From contig JBJBCN010000003.1 of assembly GCA_047285805.1 (NCBI GenBank), forward strand, positions 160,001 to 224,000: DNA of 64,000 bases, in the 5' to 3' direction. Under the pieces are notes generated by a model. That model was not told the DNA's origin and did not search any database. It worked only from the letters and a program-made list of their open reading frames with translations. Shown piece by piece: positions 32,308 to 42,764 of this stretch; the first letter of the stretch is position 1, and each line of letters begins with the position of its first letter. The position numbers were made by a program, and so were the translations under genes. The stretch comes from Synechococcus sp. (GTDB taxonomy: Bacteria; Cyanobacteriota; Cyanobacteriia; PCC-6307; Cyanobiaceae).

Positions 32308-33396
32308 ATGGGAAGCAGCTTCGGCGATCTGTTCAGCATCAGCACCTTCGGCGAATCGCACGGCGGCGGTGTTGGCGTGATCGTGGAGGGCTGTCCGCCG
32401 CGATTGGAGCTCGACCTGGATGCGATCCAGAACGACCTGGATCGGCGCAAGCCGGGCCAGAGCAAGATCACCACTCCGCGCAAGGAAGACGACCAGGTCG
32501 AAATCTTGAGCGGCCTGCTCGACGGGGTCACCCTGGGCACCCCGATCGCAATGGTGGTCCGCAACAAGGACCAGCGGCCGCAAGACTACAAGGAAATGGA
32601 AGTGGCCTTCCGCCCGTCTCATGCCGACGCGACCTACCAGGCTAAGTTCGGCATTCAGGCCAGGAGTGGAGGCGGACGGGCCTCAGCCCGGGAAACGATC
32701 GGCCGCGTGGCCGCCGGTGCGATTGCCAAACAGCTGCTGAGCAAGGCCAACGGAACTGAAGTTGTGGCTTGGGTCAAGCGCATTCACGACATCGAAGCGC
32801 AGATCGATCCAGCGGCCGTGACCATGGATGCCGTCGAAAGCAATATCGTGCGCTGCCCTGATGGCGCCGTTGCGGAACGGATGATCGAGCGCATCGAGGC
32901 GATTGGCCGTGAAGGGGATTCCTGCGGTGGCATAGTCGAATGCGTCGTCAGGGGCGTCCCCGCCGGTCTGGGTATGCCCGTCTTCGACAAACTCGAAGCG
33001 GATCTGGCCAAGGCAGTGATGTCGCTGCCAGCGACCAAGGGCTTTGAAATTGGCTCGGGCTTTGCCGGAACATTGCTGAAGGGCAGTGAACACAACGACG
33101 CCTTCCTCCCCACCCCCGATGGGAGCCTGCACACCGCCACCAACAATTCCGGCGGGATTCAGGGGGGCATCAGCAACGGCGAAGCGATCGTGATTCGGGT
33201 GGCCTTCAAGCCGACCGCAACGATCCGCAAGGCCCAGCAGACGATCAACGCGCGCGGTGAGGCGACAACCCTTGAAGCAAAAGGTCGACACGACCCCTGC
33301 GTGTTGCCCAGGGCCGTGCCGATGGTGGAAGCGATGGTCGCCATTGTTCTGGCCGACCACCTGCTGAGGCAGCAGGGTCAGTGCGGCCTTTGGTAA
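32308..33396 (+). CDS. aroC: Chorismate synthase
   Basis: [29 protein letters not shown]. Confidence 0.98.
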   Translation: MGSSFGDLFSISTFGESHGGGVGVIVEGCPPRLELDLDAIQNDLDRRKPGQSKITTPRKEDDQVEILSGLLDGVTLGTPIAMVVRNKDQRPQDYKEMEVAFRPSHADATYQAKFGIQARSGGGRASARETIGRVAAGAIAKQLLSKANGTEVVAWVKRIHDIEAQIDPAAVTMDAVESNIVRCPDGAVAERMIERIEAIGREGDSCGGIVECVVRGVPAGLGMPVFDKLEADLAKAVMSLPATKGFEIGSGFAGTLLKGSEHNDAFLPTPDGSLHTATNNSGGIQGGISNGEAIVIRVAFKPTATIRKAQQTINARGEATTLEAKGRHDPCVLPRAVPMVEAMVAIVLADHLLRQQGQCGLW

Positions 33397-33403
33397 CGAG
33401 GGC

Positions 33404-34042
33404 TCAACGCACGCTAGTCAGCTGACCGGCGCCATTAGTGGAGGGTGCCCCACCCAAGCGGCCAACGGCCTTCGCCATCCGCTTCGCCACTGAAGCACCG
33501 CGGGTCGCACCGGTCTTCTTCACCGGGTTACGGGCTGCTTTTTTTGCCACGGGCTTGGCTTTAGCGGCCACCTTTGATTTCGCCGCTGCAGCCGGCTTGG
33601 CCTTCACCGTGGTGCTGGCCACTTTCTTGGGTGCGGCCTTCTTCAAGGCTGCGGGCTTCGCTTTAGCGGCGGGCCGCTTGGTGGTGGTTGCCGATGCCTT
33701 TTTGGCAGACGCCTTCTTGGGGGTAGCTTTCTTTGGAGCGGCCTTGCTGATCGTGGTGCGACTGCGGTGGCTCAGGATCAGCGCCCATTCCGCATCCGAG
33801 AGATTGGCTGGCTTGGCGCCATGGGCGTTGGCCAATTTGGCTGCTTTCTCGATGTCGGAAATGAGGTTTTTCCAAGAGGTCGCGAAGCGCTTGTCGGATT
33901 GCGACTTGGCACCGCTTTCAACCAGAGTTTCGACAACCCCAGCGGCGGTGACTTTTTTGCGCCTGCGGTTGAAGATCTCCTTTTGGAGCTGAGCGATCAG
34001 AGCATCAGCTTTATCGCTCAACTTGATGGTGAGCTGAGACAT
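33404..34042 (-). CDS. Histone H1-like Lys/Ala-rich protein
   Basis: Helical N-terminal ~95 aa followed by PKKA/KAKPAA repeats. Confidence 0.75.
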   Translation of the reverse strand: MSQLTIKLSDKADALIAQLQKEIFNRRRKKVTAAGVVETLVESGAKSQSDKRFATSWKNLISDIEKAAKLANAHGAKPANLSDAEWALILSHRSRTTISKAAPKKATPKKASAKKASATTTKRPAAKAKPAALKKAAPKKVASTTVKAKPAAAAKSKVAAKAKPVAKKAARNPVKKTGATRGASVAKRMAKAVGRLGGAPSTNGAGQLTSVR

Positions 34043-34081
34043 GCATCGAAAAACGTCTATCTCATGAGTAACACTCTGGTC

Positions 34082-34783
34082 TCAATCTGACAACAAAGCG
34101 TCGTTTGCGCGCTGCTCGAGCCATGCCAAAAGAGTGGGCAACCCCGGCCGCAGCTTCACGGACTCGCCGGGATCCGTAGACATCTCAAAGAGGCTGCCCC
34201 CCAAGGCCACTGCATCGACGCCCGACTCGAGCCAGAGACGTGCGTCACGGGCCGACAACCCTCCCGCTGCAATGCAATACGGCAATGGCGATAGGGGACT
34301 CGCCAGCGACCTCCAATAGCTCGGGCCAACACTGCTGGCGGGGAAGAGCTTCACTGCTGGCGCACCGAGGGCTTGGGCCTGGGCCACTTCCGATGGGGTG
34401 TACACGCCTGGGATCAGGGTGATCCCGTCCTGACGGGCTTGCGCCAAGAGTTGGGGCTCAAGAATCGGTGAGACGACATAGTCCAGACCGGCGGCTTGTG
34501 CTGCGGCCAAGCCCTGGAGACATCGCACAGATGCCGCGCCAAGACGAAGTTCCGTAAAGCATTCACGCAGGGCGACCGCCAGCTCCACCCAGGCGGGGGT
34601 CACGGCGACAGCGAGCTCGACATGCTGCAGGCCAGCGTCCATGAGTTGGCTGAGCTGGACCTCAGCCAGACGACGCTCAGACACACGAAGAACCGCCAGC
34701 ACAGGCTGGCGGTGCAGTCCCCTCAGGAGGCCCGAGGGATCTGAGGCAAAAGCCTCAGACGTATTCGGCAACGTGGACGTCAC
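34082..34783 (-). CDS. eda: KDPG/KHG aldolase family protein
   Basis: LAVLR, LGAASV, PGVYTPSE, VKLFPA, AAGG; start uncertain (overlaps the ftsH end). Confidence 0.8.
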   Translation of the reverse strand: MTSTLPNTSEAFASDPSGLLRGLHRQPVLAVLRVSERRLAEVQLSQLMDAGLQHVELAVAVTPAWVELAVALRECFTELRLGAASVRCLQGLAAAQAAGLDYVVSPILEPQLLAQARQDGITLIPGVYTPSEVAQAQALGAPAVKLFPASSVGPSYWRSLASPLSPLPYCIAAGGLSARDARLWLESGVDAVALGGSLFEMSTDPGESVKLRPGLPTLLAWLEQRANDALLSD

Positions 34784-36599
34784 TACGGATCAGCAGCTCT
34801 TGCAGATCCTCAGCATCGACGGTCTCACGCTCCACCAGCATCTCGGCGAGCTCATCGAGCACGCTGCGGTTGCCGTTGAGCACTGCGGTTGCCCGCTTGT
34901 AGGCCTCGGCCACCAGCAGGCTGACCTCTTCGTCGATGGCGGCGGCGGTGTCCTCGGAGAAATCACGCTCCGAAGCGATGTCACGACCGAGGAACATGCC
35001 GCCCTGACTGCGGCCCAGGGCCACGGGGCCGAGACGATCGCTCATGCCAAAGCGGGTGACCATCTGACGGGCAACGCGAGCGACCTGCTGGAGGTCGTTG
35101 GAAGCACCCGTGGTGACCTCGTCTTCGCCGTAGACGATCTCTTCGGCAACGCGACCTCCGAGGGCGACGGCCATCTGGTTCTGGAGGTAGGTGCGGGAAT
35201 AGAGACCCGATTCCATGCGCTCTTCGCTGGGTGTGAAGAAGGTCAGACCACCAGCGTTACCGCGGGGAATGATCGAAATCTTCTGTACAGGGTCGTAGTC
35301 GGGCATCAAAGCGCCCACCAGAGCGTGGCCGGCCTCGTGATAAGCCACGAGACGCTTGCGCTTCTCGCTCATCACCCGGTCCTTCTTCTCAGGACCAGCC
35401 ATGACCCGCTCAATCGCGTCATTCACCTCGTCCATTGAGACTTCGGTGAGCTGACGGCGAGCCGCGAGGATGGCGGCCTCGTTCAGAAGATTGGCGAGGT
35501 CAGCACCGGTGTAGCCAGGGGTGCGGCGCGCAATCTTGTCGAGATCGACGTCCTTGGAGAGGGTTTTGCCGCGGGCGTGGACACCAAGGATCTGAAGACG
35601 GCCGGCGTAGTCGGGACGATCCACCACCACCTGACGATCGAAGCGACCGGGGCGCATCAGCGCCGCATCCAAGACGTCGGGACGGTTGGTAGCCGCGACG
35701 ATGATGATTCCGGTGTTGCCCTCAAAGCCGTCCATCTCCGTAAGGAGCTGGTTGAGGGTCTGTTCCCGCTCGTCGTTGCCACCGCCGAGGCCAGCGCCGC
35801 GCTGACGCCCCACCGCGTCGATCTCGTCAATGAAGACGATGCAAGGGGCGTTCTTCTTGGCCTGCTCAAACAGGTCTCGCACCCGGCTGGCGCCGACACC
35901 CACGAACATCTCAACGAACTCCGAACCGGAGATCGAGAAGAAGGGCACACCAGCCTCGCCCGCGACGGCCTTGGCAAGCAGGGTCTTACCGGTACCCGGA
36001 GGGCCCACCAACAGGACACCCTTGGGAATCTTGGCGCCAACGGCGGTGAAGCGATCGGGGTTCTTGAGAAAGTCGACGACCTCGGTCAGCTCGAGCTTGG
36101 CGCCTTCAATGCCGGCCACATCACCAAACGTGACCTGGGTTTCGGGCTCCATCTGAACCCGGGCCTTGCTCTTGCCGAAGTTCATGGCGGGGTTCCCGCC
36201 ACCGCCCTGAGCGCGGCGCAAGAGGAAGAAGAGTCCACCCAGCAGAAGCAGGGGGAAGATCAGGGAACCAATGGCCTGCTGCCAAGCCTGGGGCTGACGG
36301 GAAGGCTCGACAGCGATGTCGACCTTGTGACCCTCGAGGAGCTTCAGCAGATCCTTGTCGGGGGCGAGGTTGACCACGGCGCGTTGGCCGTCGTTCTCGA
36401 CCACTTGAGCCGTACCACGATCGGGAGCGATCAGAACCCGCGACACCTCATTGGCCTCAACGGCTTCCACAAAGTCGCTGTAGCGCAGGGTGCGCGGGGC
36501 ATTGGCGGGATCAGGACGATCCAGGAACGCCGTACCAACTGCGATCACCACTACGGCTAAGAGGACGTATAGCCCCGCATTGCGCCAGCGCTTTTTCAC
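34755..36599 (-). CDS. ftsH3: ATP-dependent zinc metalloprotease FtsH3
   Basis: [10 protein letters not shown]-terminus typical of FtsH3, [18 protein letters not shown]. Confidence 0.93.
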   Translation of the reverse strand: MKKRWRNAGLYVLLAVVVIAVGTAFLDRPDPANAPRTLRYSDFVEAVEANEVSRVLIAPDRGTAQVVENDGQRAVVNLAPDKDLLKLLEGHKVDIAVEPSRQPQAWQQAIGSLIFPLLLLGGLFFLLRRAQGGGGNPAMNFGKSKARVQMEPETQVTFGDVAGIEGAKLELTEVVDFLKNPDRFTAVGAKIPKGVLLVGPPGTGKTLLAKAVAGEAGVPFFSISGSEFVEMFVGVGASRVRDLFEQAKKNAPCIVFIDEIDAVGRQRGAGLGGGNDEREQTLNQLLTEMDGFEGNTGIIIVAATNRPDVLDAALMRPGRFDRQVVVDRPDYAGRLQILGVHARGKTLSKDVDLDKIARRTPGYTGADLANLLNEAAILAARRQLTEVSMDEVNDAIERVMAGPEKKDRVMSEKRKRLVAYHEAGHALVGALMPDYDPVQKISIIPRGNAGGLTFFTPSEERMESGLYSRTYLQNQMAVALGGRVAEEIVYGEDEVTTGASNDLQQVARVARQMVTRFGMSDRLGPVALGRSQGGMFLGRDIASERDFSEDTAAAIDEEVSLLVAEAYKRATAVLNGNRSVLDELAEMLVERETVDAEDLQELLIRSDVHVAEYV

Positions 36600-36648
36600 T
36601 TGGTTCTCCGCTTGATCGAGGATAGTGATTAAGGAATGTTAACCGGAC

Positions 36649-37818
36649 TCAGGCAGCTGAGCGCAGAACTTCGACCACGCTCTTGAAGGCGAACCACTCG
36701 GGGATTTCTTCTCCGCCGCGCAGCATCTGGCGGAACTGGGTGCCGCTGAGCTTGCGGACGTGCAGGCCACGGTCATCGGCGTGTTCGGCGGTCACATAGC
36801 CCTCTTCCTCGGTGTAGACGAGGTTCAAGGACGGAACCGTCTCCATTCCCAGCTCCGGAGCATTCTCGCGCGCGAAGTCCTGGGCCTGGTAAGGACCATA
36901 GAAGTCCTCACCGCTGATGGAGGACTTACAGCCGGCCATGTCGCGGCCAATGATGAAATGAGTGCAGCCGTAGTTCTTGCGGATGATCATGTGCTGCAGC
37001 GCCTCACGGGGCCCAGCCATGTGCATCGAATAGGGCAGGTAAGCCCAGCGAATACGGGGGTTGTTCACTTCAGAGGCCAGACGCTCATAGGTTTGGAAGC
37101 GAACAGCGCCGGGGATGTCGTCGTCTTGGGTGGGGCCACAGGTGGGATGCACCAGAACCACGCCCTGCTCACTCACGTTGGTGGCATCAAGGGCCCGGGT
37201 AAAGAGCTCGTAGTGCGCACGGTGGATGGGGTTGCGGCACTGGAAAGCCACCACGTCTTGACCCTCGGGCAGGTTCGCGCGCACCTCAGCGGGGGTCTTG
37301 CAAGGGAAGACGCGCTCGGGCAGCTCCAGGCCTTGAATCGAACCGCCCAGGTAGAAGCGACCGCGCTCGGTGGCGATCATCTTCACCGCGGGATGCTCCA
37401 GGGAGGAGGTGCCGTAGCAGCCAACCGCCTCACGGGCCTTGTCGGGCTCCCACTTGCTCTCCACCGTCATCACTGCAAGCTCTTGACCGCGGTAGGTCAG
37501 CAGCAGCTTCTGACCAACGGCAATGTCGTCGCGATCAGTGTCCATCACGATCGGCAGACCAAAGAGAAGGCCGCTGGTGGTGCGGTTCTTCTCGACCACC
37601 GAGAGGTAGTCGTCCTGGTGCATGAAGCCGCGCAGGGGTGAGAAACCACCCACCATCAACAGCTCGATGTCGCAGGCGTTGCGATCGGAACACTCAGCCA
37701 CGTGATCCACGCCAGCCTTGGCCGCGTCCCGCTGGGCTTCAGGCACCCGCAGATCCACAAGTGTGCCGCCGTGGGGAGCGATCAAACCCTGACGGGGTGC
37801 AGCAGCTGCAGTGGTCAT
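36649..37818 (-). CDS. sat: Sulfate adenylyltransferase
   Basis: PHGGTL, GGFSPLRGFM, FQCRNPIHRAH, AGPREA, GRDMAG. Confidence 0.96.
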   Translation of the reverse strand: MTTAAAAPRQGLIAPHGGTLVDLRVPEAQRDAAKAGVDHVAECSDRNACDIELLMVGGFSPLRGFMHQDDYLSVVEKNRTTSGLLFGLPIVMDTDRDDIAVGQKLLLTYRGQELAVMTVESKWEPDKAREAVGCYGTSSLEHPAVKMIATERGRFYLGGSIQGLELPERVFPCKTPAEVRANLPEGQDVVAFQCRNPIHRAHYELFTRALDATNVSEQGVVLVHPTCGPTQDDDIPGAVRFQTYERLASEVNNPRIRWAYLPYSMHMAGPREALQHMIIRKNYGCTHFIIGRDMAGCKSSISGEDFYGPYQAQDFARENAPELGMETVPSLNLVYTEEEGYVTAEHADDRGLHVRKLSGTQFRQMLRGGEEIPEWFAFKSVVEVLRSAA

Positions 37819-37877
37819 GGCAACGGGGATAGTGGATCCAATCCCGGCGATTCTCCCAGAGCACTCGAGACGCAATG

Positions 37878-37901
37878 AAAAAGGGGCTCCGCAGAGCCCC
37901 T
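37878..37901 (-). terminator. Rho-independent terminator after psbO
   Basis: Minus strand AGGGGCTC-TGCG-GAGCCCCTTTTT. Confidence 0.8.
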
Positions 37902-37930
37902 GATCAAGAGTTCTGAATCCGACGAGTCGA

Positions 37931-38752
37931 TCAGGCCTTCTCGAGGCGGCCGTAGAGCTGACCCAAGATCTTGACGTCGACGGGGTCATGGCTGCCCATG
38001 TCGGTGTCAGAGGGCTGGACGGCGGTGAAGACACCAGCAAACTCACCGCTGGAGGCGTCCACCTTGGTGATGGAGAGATTCATCTCACCGGTGCCGTCGA
38101 TGTAGCGCTTGCTGTTCTCGCGGGCCAGCTCATCGTCCTGACCGTTCAGAGCGACCAGACCCTGGGCGTACTGAACGCCCGTGGTGAGCGCGCGGCCCTT
38201 GGGATCCAAGAAGTTGGAGGTGCGATAGCTGGGGACACGATAGGCACCGTTCAGGTCGGTGCTAGTGCTGATGGCAGCGCCATCAGCAGTGGCGTCCAGC
38301 TCCTTGGAGGAGAAGGTGAAGGGGACTTCCTCACCACCGGGCAGCAGCACGGTGACGATCTGGAAGTCGATGCCGCCCATCTCCTTGAAGTTGATGCCGT
38401 TGCCGGTCACGGTCAGGTCGCCATAGACCTGGTCAAGGCTGGTGGTGAAGCGGGTCAGAATCTTGGTGGCCACGAACTGGGCCTCCTGACGCTTGTTGGC
38501 AGGCTCGCCCTTGACATACACCTCTGCGGGGTGCATGCAGACCTCGCGCAGCTGGTACTTGGTGTTGCTATCGAGGGCGATGGAGCCGCGGGCGGAGTCG
38601 GGAAGGGTCGGGCAATCGTTGGCCAGACCGGTGTTGTGGATGTCGTCGTAGGTCAGATCGGCCCGATCAACAGCCTTCGCACCGCCACTGCAAGCGGTCA
38701 CGAGGGTCAGGCAAAGGGCCAGCACGACGGCCAGCAAAGGACGGAAACGCAT
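37931..38752 (-). CDS. psbO: Photosystem II manganese-stabilizing protein
   Basis: LTYDDIHNTGLANDCP, GIDFQ, LPGGEEVPF, PSYRTSNFLDPKGR, QPSDTDMG. Confidence 0.97.
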   Translation of the reverse strand: MRFRPLLAVVLALCLTLVTACSGGAKAVDRADLTYDDIHNTGLANDCPTLPDSARGSIALDSNTKYQLREVCMHPAEVYVKGEPANKRQEAQFVATKILTRFTTSLDQVYGDLTVTGNGINFKEMGGIDFQIVTVLLPGGEEVPFTFSSKELDATADGAAISTSTDLNGAYRVPSYRTSNFLDPKGRALTTGVQYAQGLVALNGQDDELARENSKRYIDGTGEMNLSITKVDASSGEFAGVFTAVQPSDTDMGSHDPVDVKILGQLYGRLEKA

Positions 38753-38894
38753 GGGGGAGAAACCGGTCTGGCGGGAAAAACCGCAGGGATGGGGTATGCC
38801 CGATCGGGATACTACCGGTGCAAAACGCCCATTCCGCGTACCATGTCGCGGCTCTCAACAACCTGTATGCGAGAGCGGCTGAATTAATCCCTGT

Positions 38895-39233
38895 ATGAGC
38901 GACGCCAGCAACACCTCTCAGATCGACGACAGCTTGGTCCGAGGCGACTGGGAGGCCCGGCTGAGTTCAGAGCTAGAGAGCCTGGAAGAACTTGCCGCGG
39001 AGGTGGATGGCGAAGCCCAGGCCCTGCTGCTGCTGCTTCGGCGTCTCGAGGAACTGCACCGCACCATCCAAGAAGGTGCTTTCCGGTCCAGCCTTCCCTC
39101 CGATCGCGGCGAACTCTTCAACCTGCTGAAGGGCATGGAGAAGAGTGGCGGCTGGCCCTACATCCCCCGGCTGCAGCTGCGGACCTTTATGGACCTGCTG
39201 CAGAACGACAACGACTCAGCCCTAGCCGCCTGA
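38895..39233 (+). CDS. Conserved cyanobacterial hypothetical protein
   Basis: LLRRLEELHRTI, SLPSDR, GGWPYIPR motif; host-like codon usage. Confidence 0.8.
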   Translation: MSDASNTSQIDDSLVRGDWEARLSSELESLEELAAEVDGEAQALLLLLRRLEELHRTIQEGAFRSSLPSDRGELFNLLKGMEKSGGWPYIPRLQLRTFMDLLQNDNDSALAA

Positions 39234-40469
39234 AGCCGTAGCTAAAGCACTCAAAAGCCGGTGGGCCAAGGCAAGCTTGCCCATTGGTTCAACGCGCTCT
39301 ACCGCCGCTCCAGGGCCCAAAATCCAGCCTTCGTTGGAGAGGCTGCCGAAACCGGCCCCTGCTATGTCAATGGGATTGGCGAACAGCAGATCACAGCCCT
39401 TCTGCGAAAACTTGGCCTGGGCCTGCGGCAGGACATCGCCGGTGTGTGCAGCAAAGCCGAGGATCGCCTGACCAGCAGAGCGACGCTCCACCAGAGCGCG
39501 CAGTATGTCAGGCACGGACTCCCAGCCCGCCCCCATGGCATCCGCCAAGGCCTGCTTGTCGGGCTTCTCACTGAAGCGCTGTTTCGGGCGGTGGTCGGCC
39601 ACGGCCGCCGCCATGGCGATGGCACTGGCCTGGGGCTGGAGCGCCTCCAGAGTCCGCTGAAGCTCAGCTCCTGTCTCCACCGGATGGCAACGCAAGCCCT
39701 CGAGCAAAGCCGGCTCAACCTGCAGGAGACCATGGACCAGATCCACTTCGGCGCCACGAAGACGGGCCGCCTGGGCCAACAGCACCCCCATCCGACCGGT
39801 GCTGGGATTGCTGATGCAGCGGGCTGGATCCAGCCACTCCCGCGTGGGCCCCGCGCTCACGAGCAAGCGACGTCCCTGCCAATCGCGCTGACAGCCCCAG
39901 AGCGCCATGGACTCCAGGGCGAGCAGCAGTGAGGCCGGCTCCGCCATCCGCCCGGCCCCCTCCCGATCACAGGCCAGCAGACCCTCAGCAGGGCCCAACG
40001 GCAACACCCTCTCAAAGTCCTGGAGGACCTGCCAATTGCGATGCACCCCAGGGGAACTCCACATGGCGGTGTTCATGGCCGCTGCAGCCAAAACGGGCGC
40101 TTCCGTGGCCAGCAACAGCGACGCCAGCAGAGTGTCCCCGAGACCGTAGACCCAACGCCCCAGGCTGGTGGCTGAAAGCGGAGCCAAGAGCACCAGGTCG
40201 GCCCACTCCGCCAGTTCCACATGCAGAGGACGCGCCGCGGTGTGACTCCACTGATCAGCGTCGAGATAGCAGCGCTGACGGCTCAGGCTGGCGAGCGCGA
40301 CCGGACTCACCAGCTGCGCCGCACTGGGAGTCAGAACACAACGAACCTCAGCGCCGCGCTTCGCCAGGGAGCTAACCACCAGTGGAAGTTTGACCGCAGC
40401 GATGCTGCCGCTGATCCCCACCAGAACACGTCGTCCCTTAAGGGGATCAACCGGGAGCTCAGTCCTCAT
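39222..40469 (-). CDS. coaBC: Bifunctional phosphopantothenoylcysteine decarboxylase/synthase
   Basis: GISGSIAAVK, AAAMNTAMW, GLLACD..GAGRM, SAGPTRE.LDP.R.ISNPSTGRMG. Confidence 0.95.
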   Translation of the reverse strand: MRTELPVDPLKGRRVLVGISGSIAAVKLPLVVSSLAKRGAEVRCVLTPSAAQLVSPVALASLSRQRCYLDADQWSHTAARPLHVELAEWADLVLLAPLSATSLGRWVYGLGDTLLASLLLATEAPVLAAAAMNTAMWSSPGVHRNWQVLQDFERVLPLGPAEGLLACDREGAGRMAEPASLLLALESMALWGCQRDWQGRRLLVSAGPTREWLDPARCISNPSTGRMGVLLAQAARLRGAEVDLVHGLLQVEPALLEGLRCHPVETGAELQRTLEALQPQASAIAMAAAVADHRPKQRFSEKPDKQALADAMGAGWESVPDILRALVERRSAGQAILGFAAHTGDVLPQAQAKFSQKGCDLLFANPIDIAGAGFGSLSNEGWILGPGAAVERVEPMGKLALAHRLLSALATASGG

Positions 40470-40674
40470 CAAAGGGTTCTTGATCAACCAAGTGCACGTA
40501 AGGGCGTGCCAGCTCCGGACGGTGAATTGCGACAGCCCGCAGCAGGTGCCAATCGTTCAAAGCGGCAAACGGGGAGGGGTAATCGTCCTCATCCAGACGG
40601 CGCCCCAAGTCCTGCATGGAGGCCTCGGTCTGCGCCGCGATCAACTCGGGGGTGATGGAGGGGGAATCGGTCAT
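40459..40674 (-). CDS. DUF2555 family small protein
   Basis: RRLDEDDYPSPF..LNDWHLLRA motif; overlaps the coaBC start. Confidence 0.8.
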   Translation of the reverse strand: MTDSPSITPELIAAQTEASMQDLGRRLDEDDYPSPFAALNDWHLLRAVAIHRPELARPYVHLVDQEPFDED

Positions 40675-40728
40675 GGCCGTTGAAGACTGATAAGTTCTGG
40701 CCAGGACAAGAATTCTTCCTGGTCTTGA

Positions 40729-40801
40729 GGGGAATTAGCTCAGCTGGTAGAGCGCTGCGATCGCACCGCAGAGGTCAGGGGTTCGAGTCCCCTATTCTCC
40801 A
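40729..40801 (+). tRNA. tRNA-Ala(CGC)
   Basis: GGGGAATTAGCTCAGCTGGTAGAGCGCTGCGATCGCACCGCAG...GGTTCGAGTCCCCTATTCTCCA; G3:U70 pair, anticodon CGC. Confidence 0.97.
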
Positions 40802-40833
40802 TCCACCCTTGAAATCCCGGTGCGGATCTGGCC

Positions 40834-40995
40834 ATGAACTGGAAACCAGAGGCCGAGGCCAAGCTCAAGGAGATCCCTTTTTTTGTTCGTCCTGCCGCCC
40901 GTAAACGCATCGAAGCGATGGCCAGCGAAGCAGGCCTGGATCTGATCGACGAAGCTTTTTTTGAAAGCGCGAAGTCCAAATTCGGCCAGAATTAA
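40834..40995 (+). CDS. Stand-alone PCP-reductase-domain protein (ChlB C-terminal-like), 53 aa
   Basis: Hand translation MNWKPEAEAKLKEIPFFVRPAARKRIEAMASEAGLDLIDEAFFESAKSKFGQN; W..EAE..L..IPFFVR motif; not in the ORF track. Confidence 0.85.
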   Translation: MNWKPEAEAKLKEIPFFVRPAARKRIEAMASEAGLDLIDEAFFESAKSKFGQN

Positions 40996-41098
40996 ACAGC
41001 CCATTAAGGCGTGTGGGGTTTGGTCCGCTGGCCGTAGACCGGTCTCTGCTAAGGGGCGATGGGGTAAAAGGGTTTAGCTTTCAGACCCTTTCCCGCTC

Positions 41099-41299
41099 AT
41101 GTCGCAGTCGAAGCGCGAGCAAGTGGTGAGCCACCTGCGTTACATCCGCCAAGAGCTGCGCGAGATGCACCAAGGCGTGATGGAAGACGGCCTGTTGCCT
41201 GAAGCCGGCGAGGTTCGAGGCGTGATGGCCCAAATGGAAGCGCTCCTGGAACTACTGGAAGGCAAGGGAAGCCGCAAAGCCAAAGATGCCGACAAGTGA
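41099..41299 (+). CDS. Conserved picocyanobacterial small helical protein
   Basis: 66 aa ORF with host-like codon usage, followed by its own terminator. Confidence 0.75.
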   Translation: MSQSKREQVVSHLRYIRQELREMHQGVMEDGLLPEAGEVRGVMAQMEALLELLEGKGSRKAKDADK

Positions 41300-41316
41300 G
41301 ATCGGCTAATGCGCAC

Positions 41317-41342
41317 AGCCCGGGGAAACCCGGGCTTTTTTA
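41317..41342 (+). terminator. Rho-independent terminator
   Basis: AGCCCGGG-GAAA-CCCGGGCTTTTT. Confidence 0.85.
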
Positions 41343-41378
41343 GTGCCCCTGCGGTAGACCTCAGACCATCTGCTGGCG

Positions 41379-41735
41379 ATGCCTCCCCTGACTCTGCTGC
41401 CCCAACCCCAACGCACGAGGCTGCAGCGCAACCTGGGTGGCGCCTGGCCGCGCCTGGAACGCTGGGCCAGCAACCCCTGGCGCCGGCTTTCGGTGCTGCT
41501 GATCGTGCTGCTCAGCACCTTTTTCCTGGGGAACGCCATCGCCACCTTGACCGGAGCGCGCTCGTTTCTCGACCCGCCTGCGGCGCTGCTCTGCGTCTTG
41601 GCCATCGAAGCGGCGATCCGCGTGCGCGGTCCACTGCTTCGCAAGACCAGCAATCGCTTGGGGCTGCAGCTCCTGGACATGAGCCGCATGGGCTTTTGCT
41701 ACGGCCTTCTGCTGGAGGGCTTCAAGCTGCTCTGA
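41379..41735 (+). CDS. DUF565 / Ycf20 family membrane protein
   Basis: QRTRL, NPWRRLS, GFCYGLLLEGFKL. Confidence 0.85.
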   Translation: MPPLTLLPQPQRTRLQRNLGGAWPRLERWASNPWRRLSVLLIVLLSTFFLGNAIATLTGARSFLDPPAALLCVLAIEAAIRVRGPLLRKTSNRLGLQLLDMSRMGFCYGLLLEGFKLL

Positions 41736-41736
41736 G

Positions 41737-42750
41737 CTAGCCGGCGGCCAGGAGATAAAGGAGGGCCATCCGAATCGGGATGCCATTGATGACCTGCTCC
41801 TCCACCAGGGAACGGGACGGGTCATCGAGTAGCGCGCCGCTCATCTCAACACCACGGTTCACCGGACCTGGATGGAGGACGGGGATTTTGCCTGGCAAGC
41901 GCTCATGGGTGAGACCAAACCGGCGGTGATAGCTCTCCAAGCTGGTGAGCAGGTTTTGGTTCATCCGCTCCTTCTGCAGGCGCAGGGTCATCACGGCATC
42001 GGCACCAGCCAAGGCCTGGTCGAGATTGCGCTCAATGCTGATGCGACCGCGCTGGGCGACGGGATCGCTGGCCTGCCCGGGGGGGGGAGCATCGACGAAC
42101 TGTTCAAACGCCTGCGGCAGCAAGGTGGCAGGCGCGCAGAGCACCACATCGGCACCGCACCCGGTCAACGCCCAGAGGTTGGAGCGGGCCACACGGGAAT
42201 GCAGGATGTCGCCGACGATCACGATCCGCCGCCCCCGCAGGGCCTCCGGGGTGGGGTTCTCCGGGTTGAACTGACGCGCTAGGGAAAACAGATCGAGCAG
42301 GCCCTGACTGGGGTGGCTGTGCAAACCGTCGCCACCATTAAGGACCGCGACGCGATCGCCGCTGAGGTCAAGGTCGTTCGCCAAAGACGCCGGAATCCCC
42401 GTGCAGCGGTGGCGGAGCACGAGCAGGTCGGCGCCCATGGCCACGTAGGTGCGCACCGTGTCCAGCAAGCTCTCGCCTTTGCTCAGGGAACTGGAAGAAG
42501 GAGAGAAGCTCTGAACATCCGCGGACAACCGCTTGGCGGCCAGTTCAAAGCTGCTGCGGGTACGGGTGCTGGGCTCAAAAAAAAGGGTGGTGACGAGCTT
42601 GCCCTGCAGGGCAGGCAACTTGCGGGCACCACTGGTTGGCATAGCCCGAAACCGCTGGGCCAGCTCTAAAACAATGTTGTAGTCCTCAAGCGAGAAGGCC
42701 GCCAGATCCAGCACATGGCGGTGGGTCCAGTCGCTCAAGGTCTGCGGCAA
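41737..42750 (-). CDS. pyrB: Aspartate carbamoyltransferase catalytic subunit
   Basis: [54 protein letters not shown]. Confidence 0.97.
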   Translation of the reverse strand: MPQTLSDWTHRHVLDLAAFSLEDYNIVLELAQRFRAMPTSGARKLPALQGKLVTTLFFEPSTRTRSSFELAAKRLSADVQSFSPSSSSLSKGESLLDTVRTYVAMGADLLVLRHRCTGIPASLANDLDLSGDRVAVLNGGDGLHSHPSQGLLDLFSLARQFNPENPTPEALRGRRIVIVGDILHSRVARSNLWALTGCGADVVLCAPATLLPQAFEQFVDAPPPGQASDPVAQRGRISIERNLDQALAGADAVMTLRLQKERMNQNLLTSLESYHRRFGLTHERLPGKIPVLHPGPVNRGVEMSGALLDDPSRSLVEEQVINGIPIRMALLYLLAAG

Positions 42751-42764
42751 GCGTCACCCGCAGG

